Source of the DNA: an uncultured Bacteriovoracaceae bacterium
Lineage (GTDB): Bacteria; Bdellovibrionota; Bacteriovoracia; Bacteriovoracales; Bacteriovoracaceae
Length of the DNA stretch: 64,000 nt
Assembly (NCBI GenBank): GCA_964012805.1
Contig: CAXGUD010000013.1
Coordinates: 32,880 to 96,879 of the forward strand
Direction: 5' to 3'
The notes below the pieces were generated by a model. That model was not told the origin of the DNA. It ran no database searches and saw nothing but the letters and a program-made list of their open reading frames with translations. Position 1 is the stretch's first letter; every line of letters starts with the position of its first letter. Of the stretch, positions 51,301 through 59,975 are shown one piece after another. The translations under genes and the position numbers were made by a program.

Positions 51301-52280
51301 TTTTTCAGGTGGCCATGCACTTTATTCACTTGGGGCCTGAAGATTCTAAAAAAGCATTCCTCTTAGATCGAAGTGAGACTGCTAATATTAAGAAAGTTGA
51401 GATTTCTTTAAAGAGGTCCCATGTTGTTACTGACCTTCCTTTTCAACTTTCCAAAATGGCACAAGAAGGTGACTCTTTGGCGTTAAGCCTTAGTCAATTT
51501 ATCAAAGAAGGTGGCACTCATAATTATCTAAAGGCAATTGACTTTAACCAGATCCTTCAATCATTCTCCAAAGACTCTGGTGGTGGTGGTAAGTCTAAAA
51601 TCAAAGAAATGGATTCAATTCATGTTCTCTCAAAAAATTACTTTAAGCTTCAGGAAATAATTAAAGAAAAACAAGACATAGGGTCAATTCAAAAGGCATT
51701 CGATAAATTGATCGATATTCCTCTTGTTAACTCTTTATCAAAATTCGAGGGGATGGTTCAAGAAATATCCACTAAGCTTAACAAAAAAGTTGATTTTAAA
51801 ATTTCTGGCGAAGATATTACGATCAACAAAGACTCTTACTCTATCTTACAAGATGCTTTTGTTCATATTTTAAGAAACTCTATCGATCATGGTATCGAAG
51901 ATCCTGAAGAAAGAAAAAAGGTTGGAAAAAGACCTTCTGGGAAAATTGTCATAAACTGTAAAGAATTAAAGGATGACCGCGTAGAAATTTCGATAGAGGA
52001 TGATGGTGGTGGAATTAATGTTGGTCGAGTTGCAGCAAAGGCAATAGAAAACGGCATTATTACTCATGAGAAAAAAGATAAGATGAAACAAGAAGAAATT
52101 ATGAACCTCATCTTTCTTCCAAACTTTAGTCAAAAACAGGATGTCGACGAGTTATCTGGTCGAGGTGTAGGAATGGATATCGTTAAAAAAAATATTGAAG
52201 ATCTTGGCGGTGAGGTTCAAATAAAATCAAAAGAAGGACAAGGCACGACCTTCGTCTTAACCAATATAAAGACCGCTTAA
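48336..52280 (+). CDS. Membrane-bound CheA-like kinase: extracellular beta-sandwich + 7TM-DISM + PAS-like + 2 Hpt + CheA-type HATPase
   Basis: Signal peptide, L.GKW.F/GWY sugar-binding-like domain, about 7 TM helices, HTLKG and HSLKG, HILRNSIDHGIE and SGRGVGMDIV. No CheW domain. Confidence 0.88.
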   Translation: MNSRYLKLMIAIFLAFSFLKEAIADPFNKKECFSCNIKIDNLDEPFALKGKWLFTRKDLLENKNSDESNDPKWVLLNTPGSWKKAYNDGKNFRVGWYKGRFQFSNKLIGKKVRILLDTYMAETEVFLDGKSIYKRSSQDSVKRYFSIQPIPIEIDITKEKHVIAIRTNTILMQGIYQLPFHMRAYKKLDPALSFMLFYGGNFRSIAGFILLISGIFFISVYLRTKNDFYLMPGLSGCLIFPFFFFPLDFVTSFIHPEKALIAHYIGMAGMMYTQFKVGELFYKKLPKVNLFYVFFASATALTFFVLLFKFNLKLFQIVRTVSFLIAFLTSALLVVMGRSGVKNNVNGAKIFLVGVCCLILSVFHDLFNALGFIQSTGFIALGMILSTFAIMVVAANNYTDTYVQNQKLLVELKDYAENLEEKVKLATAHIEEEKQKVANLLNNMKQAIFSIDKDLKIISPASAFSREVFESDVVGTDIFDTLFKDIDKSSEEYSQVFTSMGAVFNNPTELQYDLMCDYFPPRIKYIVEPREEDKKSLEDADEEEEYKILSINYSPMWNDIEELENLMIVVEDITEKEKLAHELEEQKKTSEKNISIIKEMAKADLEDITHFLKDAPKLVESTMGILRKKSTNPEELTEMFRNLHTLKGNSRVFNFNSISSLTHIAETEVTNIRESKNQGEEISGEIYTHLMGKLYDISAEISEYGALAKKVFRIENEFEKKLIKDINEFTSKIDRNIGDLISQNELDFAADKPEHLRKEAFELVKEKDIDPVMLSSIKRSTHSLKGSLRSIKKNDATDLVHKFENSFHLFENLDETTIEVFYRDFINNYIEIKDLVKSIYMNSDLNRPINHPNKSWQDLLFSFYEFSLAYKTKKEFDKELYEKLKELVINMDLKYLATSLNEWLEAEVTEEKKNEIMGNVWNYLATISKLNFTQTPDELKEIICKTLMGLPDDPKEAYKVINEQITHETPPLLDVLKDISLKDQSPNYFFQVAMHFIHLGPEDSKKAFLLDRSETANIKKVEISLKRSHVVTDLPFQLSKMAQEGDSLALSLSQFIKEGGTHNYLKAIDFNQILQSFSKDSGGGGKSKIKEMDSIHVLSKNYFKLQEIIKEKQDIGSIQKAFDKLIDIPLVNSLSKFEGMVQEISTKLNKKVDFKISGEDITINKDSYSILQDAFVHILRNSIDHGIEDPEERKKVGKRPSGKIVINCKELKDDRVEISIEDDGGGINVGRVAAKAIENGIITHEKKDKMKQEEIMNLIFLPNFSQKQDVDELSGRGVGMDIVKKNIEDLGGEVQIKSKEGQGTTFVLTNIKTA

Positions 52281-52357
52281 TTCATAAAGAGATCGTTTTA
52301 ATTATATAAACTTTCTATCAAAAAATTGACCTGGACTGATTTCTTATATCATAAAAC

Positions 52358-52981
52358 TTACTGTTTTTTTCCCACAAGTTTTATCGTAAGAGAAACTTTA
52401 TCATGAATAAGCCGGTTGCCTAAACCTTCAAAAAACTTTCCCGACCTAAATCGAACATTGTAATCTGTCCTATCAAAAACAATGTTCCCACTAGCGCGCA
52501 AGTTTTCTCCGTCAATTTGCAGGGATGCTTTAAAGTTTAGAGGCTTCTTTATCCCCTTGATGGTAAGATCCCCAGAAATAGTATGATTTCCGTCTTTTTC
52601 CTTCTTACTTCCGTTTATTTTCAAAGTTGAATAGGGGTACTTAGCAACAGAGAAAAAATCATCCGATTTTAAATGGTTAACCAGCTTTTGATTCCATGGA
52701 CTCTCAGAATCCAAATCTAAACAAACGATACTGTCCATATTTACCTTGAAGAAGCCTCCAAGAATATTTCCCTTATCAACTTTTAACGAGCCACTAGAAA
52801 TTTTTAAAGTACCATTATGTCCTCCCATAACTTTTGTCGCTTTCCACTTAAGATCACTTGAGGAAGTGATAACTTTAAACTCACTTGAATAGAGAAATGA
52901 TGGATTTAGAAAAAGGGCAGATAAAAGAGTGCCTAAAAGAAACTTCCTCAAAAAACATCCTTTTTTGTGATGAACGCTCAC
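52358..52981 (-). CDS. yceI: YceI family lipid/polyisoprenoid-binding protein
   Basis: HLKSDDFF..KYP, GDLTIKG and DRT motifs. Confidence 0.92.
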   Translation of the reverse strand: MSVHHKKGCFLRKFLLGTLLSALFLNPSFLYSSEFKVITSSSDLKWKATKVMGGHNGTLKISSGSLKVDKGNILGGFFKVNMDSIVCLDLDSESPWNQKLVNHLKSDDFFSVAKYPYSTLKINGSKKEKDGNHTISGDLTIKGIKKPLNFKASLQIDGENLRASGNIVFDRTDYNVRFRSGKFFEGLGNRLIHDKVSLTIKLVGKKQ

Positions 52982-53059
52982 AACAATCTCCCTTTTTAAA
53001 TTTTATTGTTTTAGTATTTAATTAAACAGTCTCTTTTGAATATTTTAAATTTTATTATC

Positions 53060-53096
53060 TCAAGAAAGGAAGGAATTTCAAGCCTTCCTTTCTTGA
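53060..53096 (-). terminator. 14-bp hairpin downstream of the GuaB/GuaC-family gene
   Basis: TCAAGAAAGGAAGG-N9-CCTTCCTTTCTTGA. Confidence 0.65.
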
Positions 53097-53130
53097 AACT
53101 TTATTTAAAAAGCATTGACAAGAAATTATC

Positions 53131-54195
53131 TTAGAAGTTCAAACCATGAGGCCTTGATTCATAAAGACCAGCACCACTCATTTCCACAAATTGAGCCTTT
53201 TCAACCATAGATTTAATGTCCATAGCTCCCATATAAGTCATACCTGAGCGAAGGCCTCCTTCAAGCTCTTCGATAATGTGGTGAACACTTCCTTTACAAG
53301 GAATTTCTGTGGCCTCTCCTTCAGCAACCATTCCTTTGGGAAGGTCTCCTCTCCAGGAAACCTGCGCATCCTTTGAAGCCATCCCCCTATACCTCTTCTT
53401 ACCTGATTTCATTTCACCTGGAGTCTCAAGAGTCCCAGCGACTAAAGACCCGACCATCACAGTAGAAGCGCCAGCAGATAAGGCCTTAACAACATCTCCT
53501 GAGTTCTTTAAGCCACCGTCCGCAATAACAGGAACTTTGAATTTAGACGCCTCTAATGCACAAAGGGCAACAGCTGTAAGTTGAGGCACACCATGCCCTG
53601 TGATAATTCTAGTCGTACACATAGAGCCCGGCCCTATCCCAACTTTAACAGCATCAGCTCCATGCTCAATCAATCTTCTTGTAGCATCAGTTGTGGCCAC
53701 ATTACCTGCAATAATATCTATTTTAGGATATTTTTTCTTAACATGATCGAGGATTTCTAACATCATAACGGAGTCACCATGAGCAATATCAATGGTTAAG
53801 ATTTCAACCCCAGCATCAGCTAATAAGTCGGCCCTTAATTTCCCATCTTCCTTTACACCAATGGAAGCCGCTAAAGGAAGAGAATGCTCCAACGTTGATA
53901 AACCTTCCCTGATCTTTTTAACCTGCTCAACTTGTTCTTTTGGGTCCATAAAGCGGTGAAGAATTCCAAGGCCCCCTCTTTTTGCCATAGCAAGTGCCAT
54001 TTCAGACTCTGTGACAGTATCCATATTTGCCGAAATAAAAGGAGTCCCCAAACTATAATTTTTTGTGACTTTTGTTTCCAATGAAGGGTCTCTTCTAGAT
54101 GAAATATCTCCATGTCTGGGAACAAGTAGAACATCATTAAACGTTAAACCCTTCCCTCTCTCACCAATATTTTTTGCTGAAAAGAATATTTCCAT
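53131..54195 (-). CDS. IMPDH/GMP reductase family protein without CBS domains (probably GMP reductase)
   Basis: [32 protein letters not shown] and YRGMAS motifs. The flap lacks the IMPDH Arg-Tyr dyad. Confidence 0.88.
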   Translation of the reverse strand: MEIFFSAKNIGERGKGLTFNDVLLVPRHGDISSRRDPSLETKVTKNYSLGTPFISANMDTVTESEMALAMAKRGGLGILHRFMDPKEQVEQVKKIREGLSTLEHSLPLAASIGVKEDGKLRADLLADAGVEILTIDIAHGDSVMMLEILDHVKKKYPKIDIIAGNVATTDATRRLIEHGADAVKVGIGPGSMCTTRIITGHGVPQLTAVALCALEASKFKVPVIADGGLKNSGDVVKALSAGASTVMVGSLVAGTLETPGEMKSGKKRYRGMASKDAQVSWRGDLPKGMVAEGEATEIPCKGSVHHIIEELEGGLRSGMTYMGAMDIKSMVEKAQFVEMSGAGLYESRPHGLNF

Positions 54196-54366
54196 TTACC
54201 ACCTCTTTTTTCTTTCAAAAATTTGGCCTTCAATTAGACCCGACCTGATAATCTAGACTGGCCATACAAGTTTGAAAAGGTAAATTAAAAGGAATTATAT
54301 TTTTGACATTCCCATAGGGTACAACCAATTATTACAAGTACTTACAAATATTACCGACAAAACCCA

Positions 54367-54394
54367 TCAAGCTTCTTCAGAAATCAGCCGAAAA
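54367..54394 (+). promoter_or_regulatory. Putative sigma28 (FliA) promoter
   Basis: TCAAG-N15-GCCGAAAA. Confidence 0.5.
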
Positions 54395-54423
54395 GAATCT
54401 AGTTCACTCTCCGGGGGTGGTAG

Positions 54424-54939
54424 TTGATTTTGGGTCACCTTACAGGAACTTATCTCATTGTTAAGCTTTTTAAACCAAAAGCAACAATCCCCCTCTTAAC
54501 ATCAAGTCTAATAGGTGCCTACTTTCCTGATATTATTGATAAAAGCTTAATGCTTTTTTCAATAGGAAATGGACGCTTTGTGGCCCACTCACTACCTTTT
54601 TTAAGCATACTTCTAGGAATTATTTCTCTGCCATTTCTTAATATAAAATCACTAAGAGAGTACAGGCACCTCTACCTTTGGTTCTCATTAGGCTGTTACC
54701 TCCATTTGCTTCAAGACTTTGTCCAAATAAAAACTTTACTTTGGCCATTTTTAGGTTCTTTTGAGGCGGTGGCCAGCATTTCACCGCCCTCGTTAACAGG
54801 AATCACGAAAGAGTATTATTCCTTCAAAGGAAGTCAACTTATCTGGACTGAATTAGGAATCCACTTTCTTTTTATAATTTATCAAACCTGGCTTTTCTTC
54901 TTCACTCGAAGGAAAAAAGAAAAAACAACTTATCCATAA
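54424..54939 (+). CDS. Membrane-bound metal-dependent hydrolase (YdjM-like)
   Basis: GH, FPDIIDK, R..AHSL, HLLQD and LLWPF motifs. Confidence 0.85.
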   Translation: MILGHLTGTYLIVKLFKPKATIPLLTSSLIGAYFPDIIDKSLMLFSIGNGRFVAHSLPFLSILLGIISLPFLNIKSLREYRHLYLWFSLGCYLHLLQDFVQIKTLLWPFLGSFEAVASISPPSLTGITKEYYSFKGSQLIWTELGIHFLFIIYQTWLFFFTRRKKEKTTYP

Positions 54940-55610
54940 GAATGGCCATAAGTCACTTCCTGACGCTTAGATAGAACGTCCAAAAAATTCATAGGACCTT
55001 TTTTTTCAGGTAACGTAAGCCATTCATCAACAAAGTCTAAATCTAAAAACAGAGGTGACCTGTCATGACCCTGCTCAAAAACTTCTGAGGGAGGATCAAC
55101 CGTAATGAGGGCAAAACTTTCAAAACTCAAGCTCCCATCTTGAGAAACCCAGGAATCAAATAAACCTGGCGCCCACATTATTTCCCGATCCAGTGGATAA
55201 AAAGTAACAAGCCTCTTCTTTCCATTTTTTCCGCCTGGAACCCATTCATAAAACTCCCTAAAAGGAAAAAGACAATGATTAACTCCCACAAGACGCTTCC
55301 AAGTTTTCTTCTTGAAAAGTGAATCCAGTCTAGCGTTAAAAAGGTTATACTTTGTGGGGACCTCTTCCCGGCTGCCAGCAGGACGTATTCTATACCTCAT
55401 TGGTCTGATAAGTTTCTGACCATTGGCATAGACTATAACAGGCGCAAATATATTCGGGTAAATAATGTTGTCTTCCCCAGGAATCTTAAATACCTTTGGA
55501 AACTCCTGAGTACCTCTTTTTAATTTCTGAAAGGCCCTTGGAACTGGCATTGCATTAAAAAATGCAGACAATTTTTTTAAATCGCGCTCAATTTTCACTG
55601 AAAAACACAT
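54930..55610 (-). CDS. SOS response-associated peptidase (SRAP/YedK/HMCES family)
   Basis: Met-Cys N-terminus, FNAR.D, FYEW and HDRSP motifs. Confidence 0.9.
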   Translation of the reverse strand: MCFSVKIERDLKKLSAFFNAMPVPRAFQKLKRGTQEFPKVFKIPGEDNIIYPNIFAPVIVYANGQKLIRPMRYRIRPAGSREEVPTKYNLFNARLDSLFKKKTWKRLVGVNHCLFPFREFYEWVPGGKNGKKRLVTFYPLDREIMWAPGLFDSWVSQDGSLSFESFALITVDPPSEVFEQGHDRSPLFLDLDFVDEWLTLPEKKGPMNFLDVLSKRQEVTYGHSYG

Positions 55611-55689
55611 CATTAATTCCCACTAAATGAAATTACTAAATGGAACGATAATTAAAAGGATACATATCTTACCTCAAAGGGAACTCCCT

Positions 55690-56448
55690 GTGGACCAAGA
55701 AAACTCAAAACCTCCCTCACTAGCATCAAAGGATGATGAAGAGAAAAAAACTCTTGAGGTTAAAAACTTTCAAACAAAAGAAACCGATGAGGAAGAAAAA
55801 GGATCAACAACTTTTAAAGCTACGAGGAAAAACCTTCAACTCCCCAGAAGAATTTTTCATATGGCCAATGGGTCCATCATCGCGACACTCTACCTCCATT
55901 ATGTAGAACACTCATTTGCAGTACATACAATAGGAATTGGGGTTTGCCTTTTTTACATTTTTGAACAATTAAGAGTCAAATACCCTGAATATGCAGACTC
56001 ATTTTCCATCATCAGCTCCTATTTTTATAGGGCCGAAGAGCAGCTCAAAGAATCGGCCATGATACCTTATGCTATGGGTCTTCTCCTTACGATACTTAGT
56101 TTTCCAAAAATTATTTCTGTTGTGGCGATATTTACGTTGGCCACGAGTGATCCCCTCTCAGCAATCATTGGCATTAAATTTGGGAAGCATCCCTTCCTAG
56201 AAAACAAAACTTATGAAGGGTCTGGCGCTTTTTTTATTACATGCTTTCTTTGCATATTCCTGCCTTTCCACTTTGTCATAGGTTTGACAGTTGGAAAAAA
56301 TATCATGCTTTCCCTCATTTGGTCTCTTTTAGTTACGGCTTTTGAAGCATTACCATCAAGAGTAGATGATAATCTAACGATCCCCCTCGTCACTGCGACC
56401 ATCGGTTGGATCATAACAACTCTTTGGAATATCCCTCTTTCTCCTTAA
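55690..56448 (+). CDS. Diacylglycerol/polyprenol kinase family membrane protein
   Basis: RRIFH, SDPLSAIIG.KFG, KTYEGS and DDNLTIP motifs; GTG start after AAAGGGA. Confidence 0.88.
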   Translation: MDQENSKPPSLASKDDEEKKTLEVKNFQTKETDEEEKGSTTFKATRKNLQLPRRIFHMANGSIIATLYLHYVEHSFAVHTIGIGVCLFYIFEQLRVKYPEYADSFSIISSYFYRAEEQLKESAMIPYAMGLLLTILSFPKIISVVAIFTLATSDPLSAIIGIKFGKHPFLENKTYEGSGAFFITCFLCIFLPFHFVIGLTVGKNIMLSLIWSLLVTAFEALPSRVDDNLTIPLVTATIGWIITTLWNIPLSP

Positions 56449-56491
56449 AATAAAAAGGAAAAAGCAGAAAAAAAAAAGCAAAAAAATTGGA

Positions 56492-57808
56492 TTAACCGAC
56501 AATTTGTTTTAAAGATTGGATATGGAAATCAACTTCAGGGTCTTTTTTTGAAATGGCCTTCTTTATTTTTTCTGCAGCATAAAGAATTGAAGTGTGGTCT
56601 CTATTAAAAAGATTTCCAATTCTTGTTAAACTCAGTTTTTCTTCACAATGCAACAAAAACATTGACAAATGCCTTGGCAATGCAAAATCCTTTTTCCTAG
56701 AATGACCCAAAAGGTCTTCGAGAGAAACACCAAAATACTGGGCCACTTTTTTGAGAACCTTAATTTCTCTTTGAGAAAAGCCTCCACTATATAAGAAAGA
56801 ATCTTTACTTGATATGTCCTCAGCTTCATGAGCCTCATCTTGAAGCTTAAATTCTTTTAAGGCTTTTAAGTCTTTTAAAACTTCTTCAGCCTTCTCCGGT
56901 TCAATTAAGTCAGAGGACTCCTCTTTGATTCCATTTTCTATTTGATAACCTAATTTAAAATGTGAGAGAGCCCCCTCTAACTGATACCCATTGCCCCCCC
57001 ACTTTTTACAAAGCTCCTTAACAAAGTCTTCCTGACCTTCAATGGAATGCCTCTTTAGAAAACTGCATGCGAACAAATAAGATAATTCTTGGTCAAAATC
57101 CTGTAATTCTGAACTAACGAGAGAGGATAACCTCCCGGCCAGGCGTTGCTCTAAACTTTTAAAACTCTCAGGAGGCTCGTTACCTGTTAAAATAAGTTGC
57201 TTACCTTTTGCCTTAAGATTATTAAATAAAAGACAAAAATCTCTCCTTAAAGGAGCATATTCAAAGCACGGCTCAATATCATCTACGAAAAGTCCATCCA
57301 TATCATCAGCAAATTCTCCTAAAAAGGCAGATAATCCTGCGTCTTTCATCATGACCTTATAACGCTCTAAAAGCTCGCGACCGGTGATTAAATAAAGACG
57401 GTAACCTTTTTGATTTTTAAGGATCTCTTTTGCCATTCCATATAACAGATGAGTCTTGCCTAAACCAGGCTTAGAAAAAAAGTAAACGTGAGGATAGTGG
57501 ATCCCCGGTCTTTCAATGATGGCCCGGCTTAACTCCCAGGCTTCTTTATTACTAACACTTGTGTAAAAATCGCTAAGGGTCTTACCATACCCAGATAACC
57601 TCTCCTTCATTATTTTGAAGGGGTGCTTTCTTGGTACCTTTTTCTTCAAACCTGGAACACTTGTAAATAAAGAGTCCAAATCATTTTGATCAGAACTATC
57701 TATAGATTCACTTTCATTGGGAAAGTTTAGAAGCTCTAATTGTTTCCATCCGTTTTTCACATGGGCCATCGCTGTTATAATTTCAGGGGAAATGTGATAG
57801 GGTTTCAA
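56492..57808 (-). CDS. DnaA paralog (AAA+ domain III + HTH domain IV, no domain I)
   Basis: PGLGKTHLL, VDDI, RLAGRL, QLEGAL, PRH.SMFL and RDHTSI motifs; no dnaN or rpmH nearby. Confidence 0.88.
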   Translation of the reverse strand: MKPYHISPEIITAMAHVKNGWKQLELLNFPNESESIDSSDQNDLDSLFTSVPGLKKKVPRKHPFKIMKERLSGYGKTLSDFYTSVSNKEAWELSRAIIERPGIHYPHVYFFSKPGLGKTHLLYGMAKEILKNQKGYRLYLITGRELLERYKVMMKDAGLSAFLGEFADDMDGLFVDDIEPCFEYAPLRRDFCLLFNNLKAKGKQLILTGNEPPESFKSLEQRLAGRLSSLVSSELQDFDQELSYLFACSFLKRHSIEGQEDFVKELCKKWGGNGYQLEGALSHFKLGYQIENGIKEESSDLIEPEKAEEVLKDLKALKEFKLQDEAHEAEDISSKDSFLYSGGFSQREIKVLKKVAQYFGVSLEDLLGHSRKKDFALPRHLSMFLLHCEEKLSLTRIGNLFNRDHTSILYAAEKIKKAISKKDPEVDFHIQSLKQIVG

Positions 57809-57866
57809 TATTAGTAGAAATTACCCTAAGGTCAATCATTTTTGTCTGGTTTTTTTGAGGCCATAA

Positions 57867-58592
57867 ATGCAAAAAGATATCCACCATAAAAAGTTCACTT
57901 CCATTGTCATCTTAACTGGAGCTGGAATTTCAGCTGAATCAGGTATTAAAACATTTAGGGACGAAGATGGACTTTGGGAAAACCACCGCGTTGAAGATAT
58001 AGCTTCCCCTGAAGGCTTTCAAAGAAACCCTAAGATGGTCTACAACTTTTATAATGAGAGAAGAAAGCAACTCCTCTCCAATGAAGTGAAACCAAATAGA
58101 GGTCATATGGCATTGGCCCAGCTAGAAAATGATTTCAAAGGTCAAACGACGCTTATCACTCAAAATGTTGATGACCTTCATGAAAGGGCCGGCTCTAAAA
58201 GTGTACTTCATATGCACGGAGAGCTCCTAAAAATGCGCTGTCAGTTCACCAACCAAGTCTTCCTTACCAAAAAAAGCTTCGATGAAAAGACCGCATGCCT
58301 TTGTTGTCATAAGCCGGGTGCTCTAAGACCTCACATCGTGTGGTTTGGAGAGGTCCCTTTTTACATGGACGATATTCAAAGAGTTCTCGAAAAGTGCGAC
58401 CTCTTTCTTTCCATAGGGACTTCTGGTCAAGTTTACCCCGCTGCCATGTTCATGCAAGTGGCCAGGCAGCAAGGGGCCCTCACGATAGAGATTAATAAGG
58501 ACCCAACGGCCAATTCGCCCCTATTTGATAAAACATTCCACGGTAAAGCAGGAGACATCCTCCCTGATTTCATATCAAACTTCTTTGCCTAA
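57867..58592 (+). CDS. cobB: NAD-dependent protein deacylase (class III sirtuin)
   Basis: GAGISAESG, FYNERR, TQNVD.LHERAG, HG and GTSG.VYPAA motifs. Confidence 0.96.
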   Translation: MQKDIHHKKFTSIVILTGAGISAESGIKTFRDEDGLWENHRVEDIASPEGFQRNPKMVYNFYNERRKQLLSNEVKPNRGHMALAQLENDFKGQTTLITQNVDDLHERAGSKSVLHMHGELLKMRCQFTNQVFLTKKSFDEKTACLCCHKPGALRPHIVWFGEVPFYMDDIQRVLEKCDLFLSIGTSGQVYPAAMFMQVARQQGALTIEINKDPTANSPLFDKTFHGKAGDILPDFISNFFA

Positions 58593-58670
58593 AGTTTAAA
58601 CAGCTCCAAAATTGACAGCCTCTTCCCAACTTCTTTAAAATTCGAAAGACACCTTAAAGGAGTAACACTC

Positions 58671-59882
58671 ATGAAGAGATGTTCTTTTTTTTACCTAATG
58701 GTCGTTTACGGATTGGTATTTTCATCTTATAGCTGGAGTGCGAAAGAAGAAAACCTACTCCTTCCAGTTCCCAAGAAGTACACATTTGAGAAAGTTCTCA
58801 GATCAAACAGTATGGGGATTAATCAGAAATTGTCCATTCACATCAGACGTTTTAAAAAAGAAGGTGCTCCTCCTCTTATCCTATCCCATGCCCTCATATT
58901 GAACAGCATCGCGATGGAGGCCCTTGGAAGAGAGCTTTGGCAAAAAGGTTACGACGTTTGGATGCCAAATATGAGAGGTCATGGGAACGGAAGCGAGAGA
59001 TCGACAATATACCCATACCTACCCGGAGATTACGGATTTGATCAGATGATCTCTCACGACCTCCCCCTTATCTTAGACAAAATCTTTTCAATAACTAAAA
59101 AAAAGGTTCACCTCATGGGGCTCTCAATGGGAGCACTCCTCTGGGACAAATATTTAGATGGCATCGGCCTTGATGAAATGGGTAATTTTACCAAAGAAAG
59201 AAACCGGGCCATGATAAGGAGACAAAAAGTCCTTAGTTACACCGCACTAGGTATTCCCCTAGACATTTGGAAAATTAACCCTCAAATCAAAAAGCTTTTA
59301 TTGCCATTTATCCCGATGGTAAAACCGTTCCACTTTTTTATTCCTCTAACAACAAATCAAGACCCTGCCTTTAAAAGACCTTTGACGTTAAAGGAAATTT
59401 TTAGAAGACAGCTTATAAAAGCGATTAAGCCCATTTTTGTTGAAATTTTGCCTCTAGGCATTATTACAAGGGACGGCATTGATACAAAAAATGGAGAAAG
59501 AGAAGACCTTGTGACGACTTATATCTCGCAGGCACACACAGATATAGTCCATGATTTTTTAAGATGGCTTCACAGACCCTACAACTCCAGAAGTGGCGAG
59601 GTCTCTTACAAAGGACCTCGCTACTCCAAAACACCTAGCCTTTTTATTTTTGGAGAGAAAGACCAATTGGCCCCTTACGACCTAGGAGAGGAACAAATTC
59701 CTCATATATACGATCACGACGTCCCCCCAATCATTTATAAATTCTGCAAAAAAGCACACGTAGACCTTATTTTAAATAAGGCAGTCAAACCTGTAGGAAA
59801 AATTTTAAAAAAGTTTTTAAAAGACCCAAAGAAGTTCCTTAAAAGCAGACAATTCATTAATGAAATGGGTCATTGCGATTAA
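58671..59882 (+). CDS. Secreted alpha/beta hydrolase
   Basis: Signal peptide, GYDVW..NMRGHG, GLSMG and HVDL motifs. Confidence 0.85.
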   Translation: MKRCSFFYLMVVYGLVFSSYSWSAKEENLLLPVPKKYTFEKVLRSNSMGINQKLSIHIRRFKKEGAPPLILSHALILNSIAMEALGRELWQKGYDVWMPNMRGHGNGSERSTIYPYLPGDYGFDQMISHDLPLILDKIFSITKKKVHLMGLSMGALLWDKYLDGIGLDEMGNFTKERNRAMIRRQKVLSYTALGIPLDIWKINPQIKKLLLPFIPMVKPFHFFIPLTTNQDPAFKRPLTLKEIFRRQLIKAIKPIFVEILPLGIITRDGIDTKNGEREDLVTTYISQAHTDIVHDFLRWLHRPYNSRSGEVSYKGPRYSKTPSLFIFGEKDQLAPYDLGEEQIPHIYDHDVPPIIYKFCKKAHVDLILNKAVKPVGKILKKFLKDPKKFLKSRQFINEMGHCD

Positions 59883-59975
59883 GGATCGAAAAGAGAAATA
59901 AATAAGTACCATGAATTGAAAAACTTTGTTAGCCTAGCTAGATAGGATGAAATTTAAGAAAGGGACTAAAAAAAA

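Noticed and set aside
56492..57808. Calling this the canonical dnaA or Hda
   Set aside because: It lacks domain I, the sensor-II Arg and origin synteny (unlike DnaA), yet keeps domain IV (unlike Hda).
57867..58592. Sir2-based anti-phage defence (Thoeris/DSR)
   Set aside because: Ordinary CobB-type class III sirtuin with no defence partner genes.
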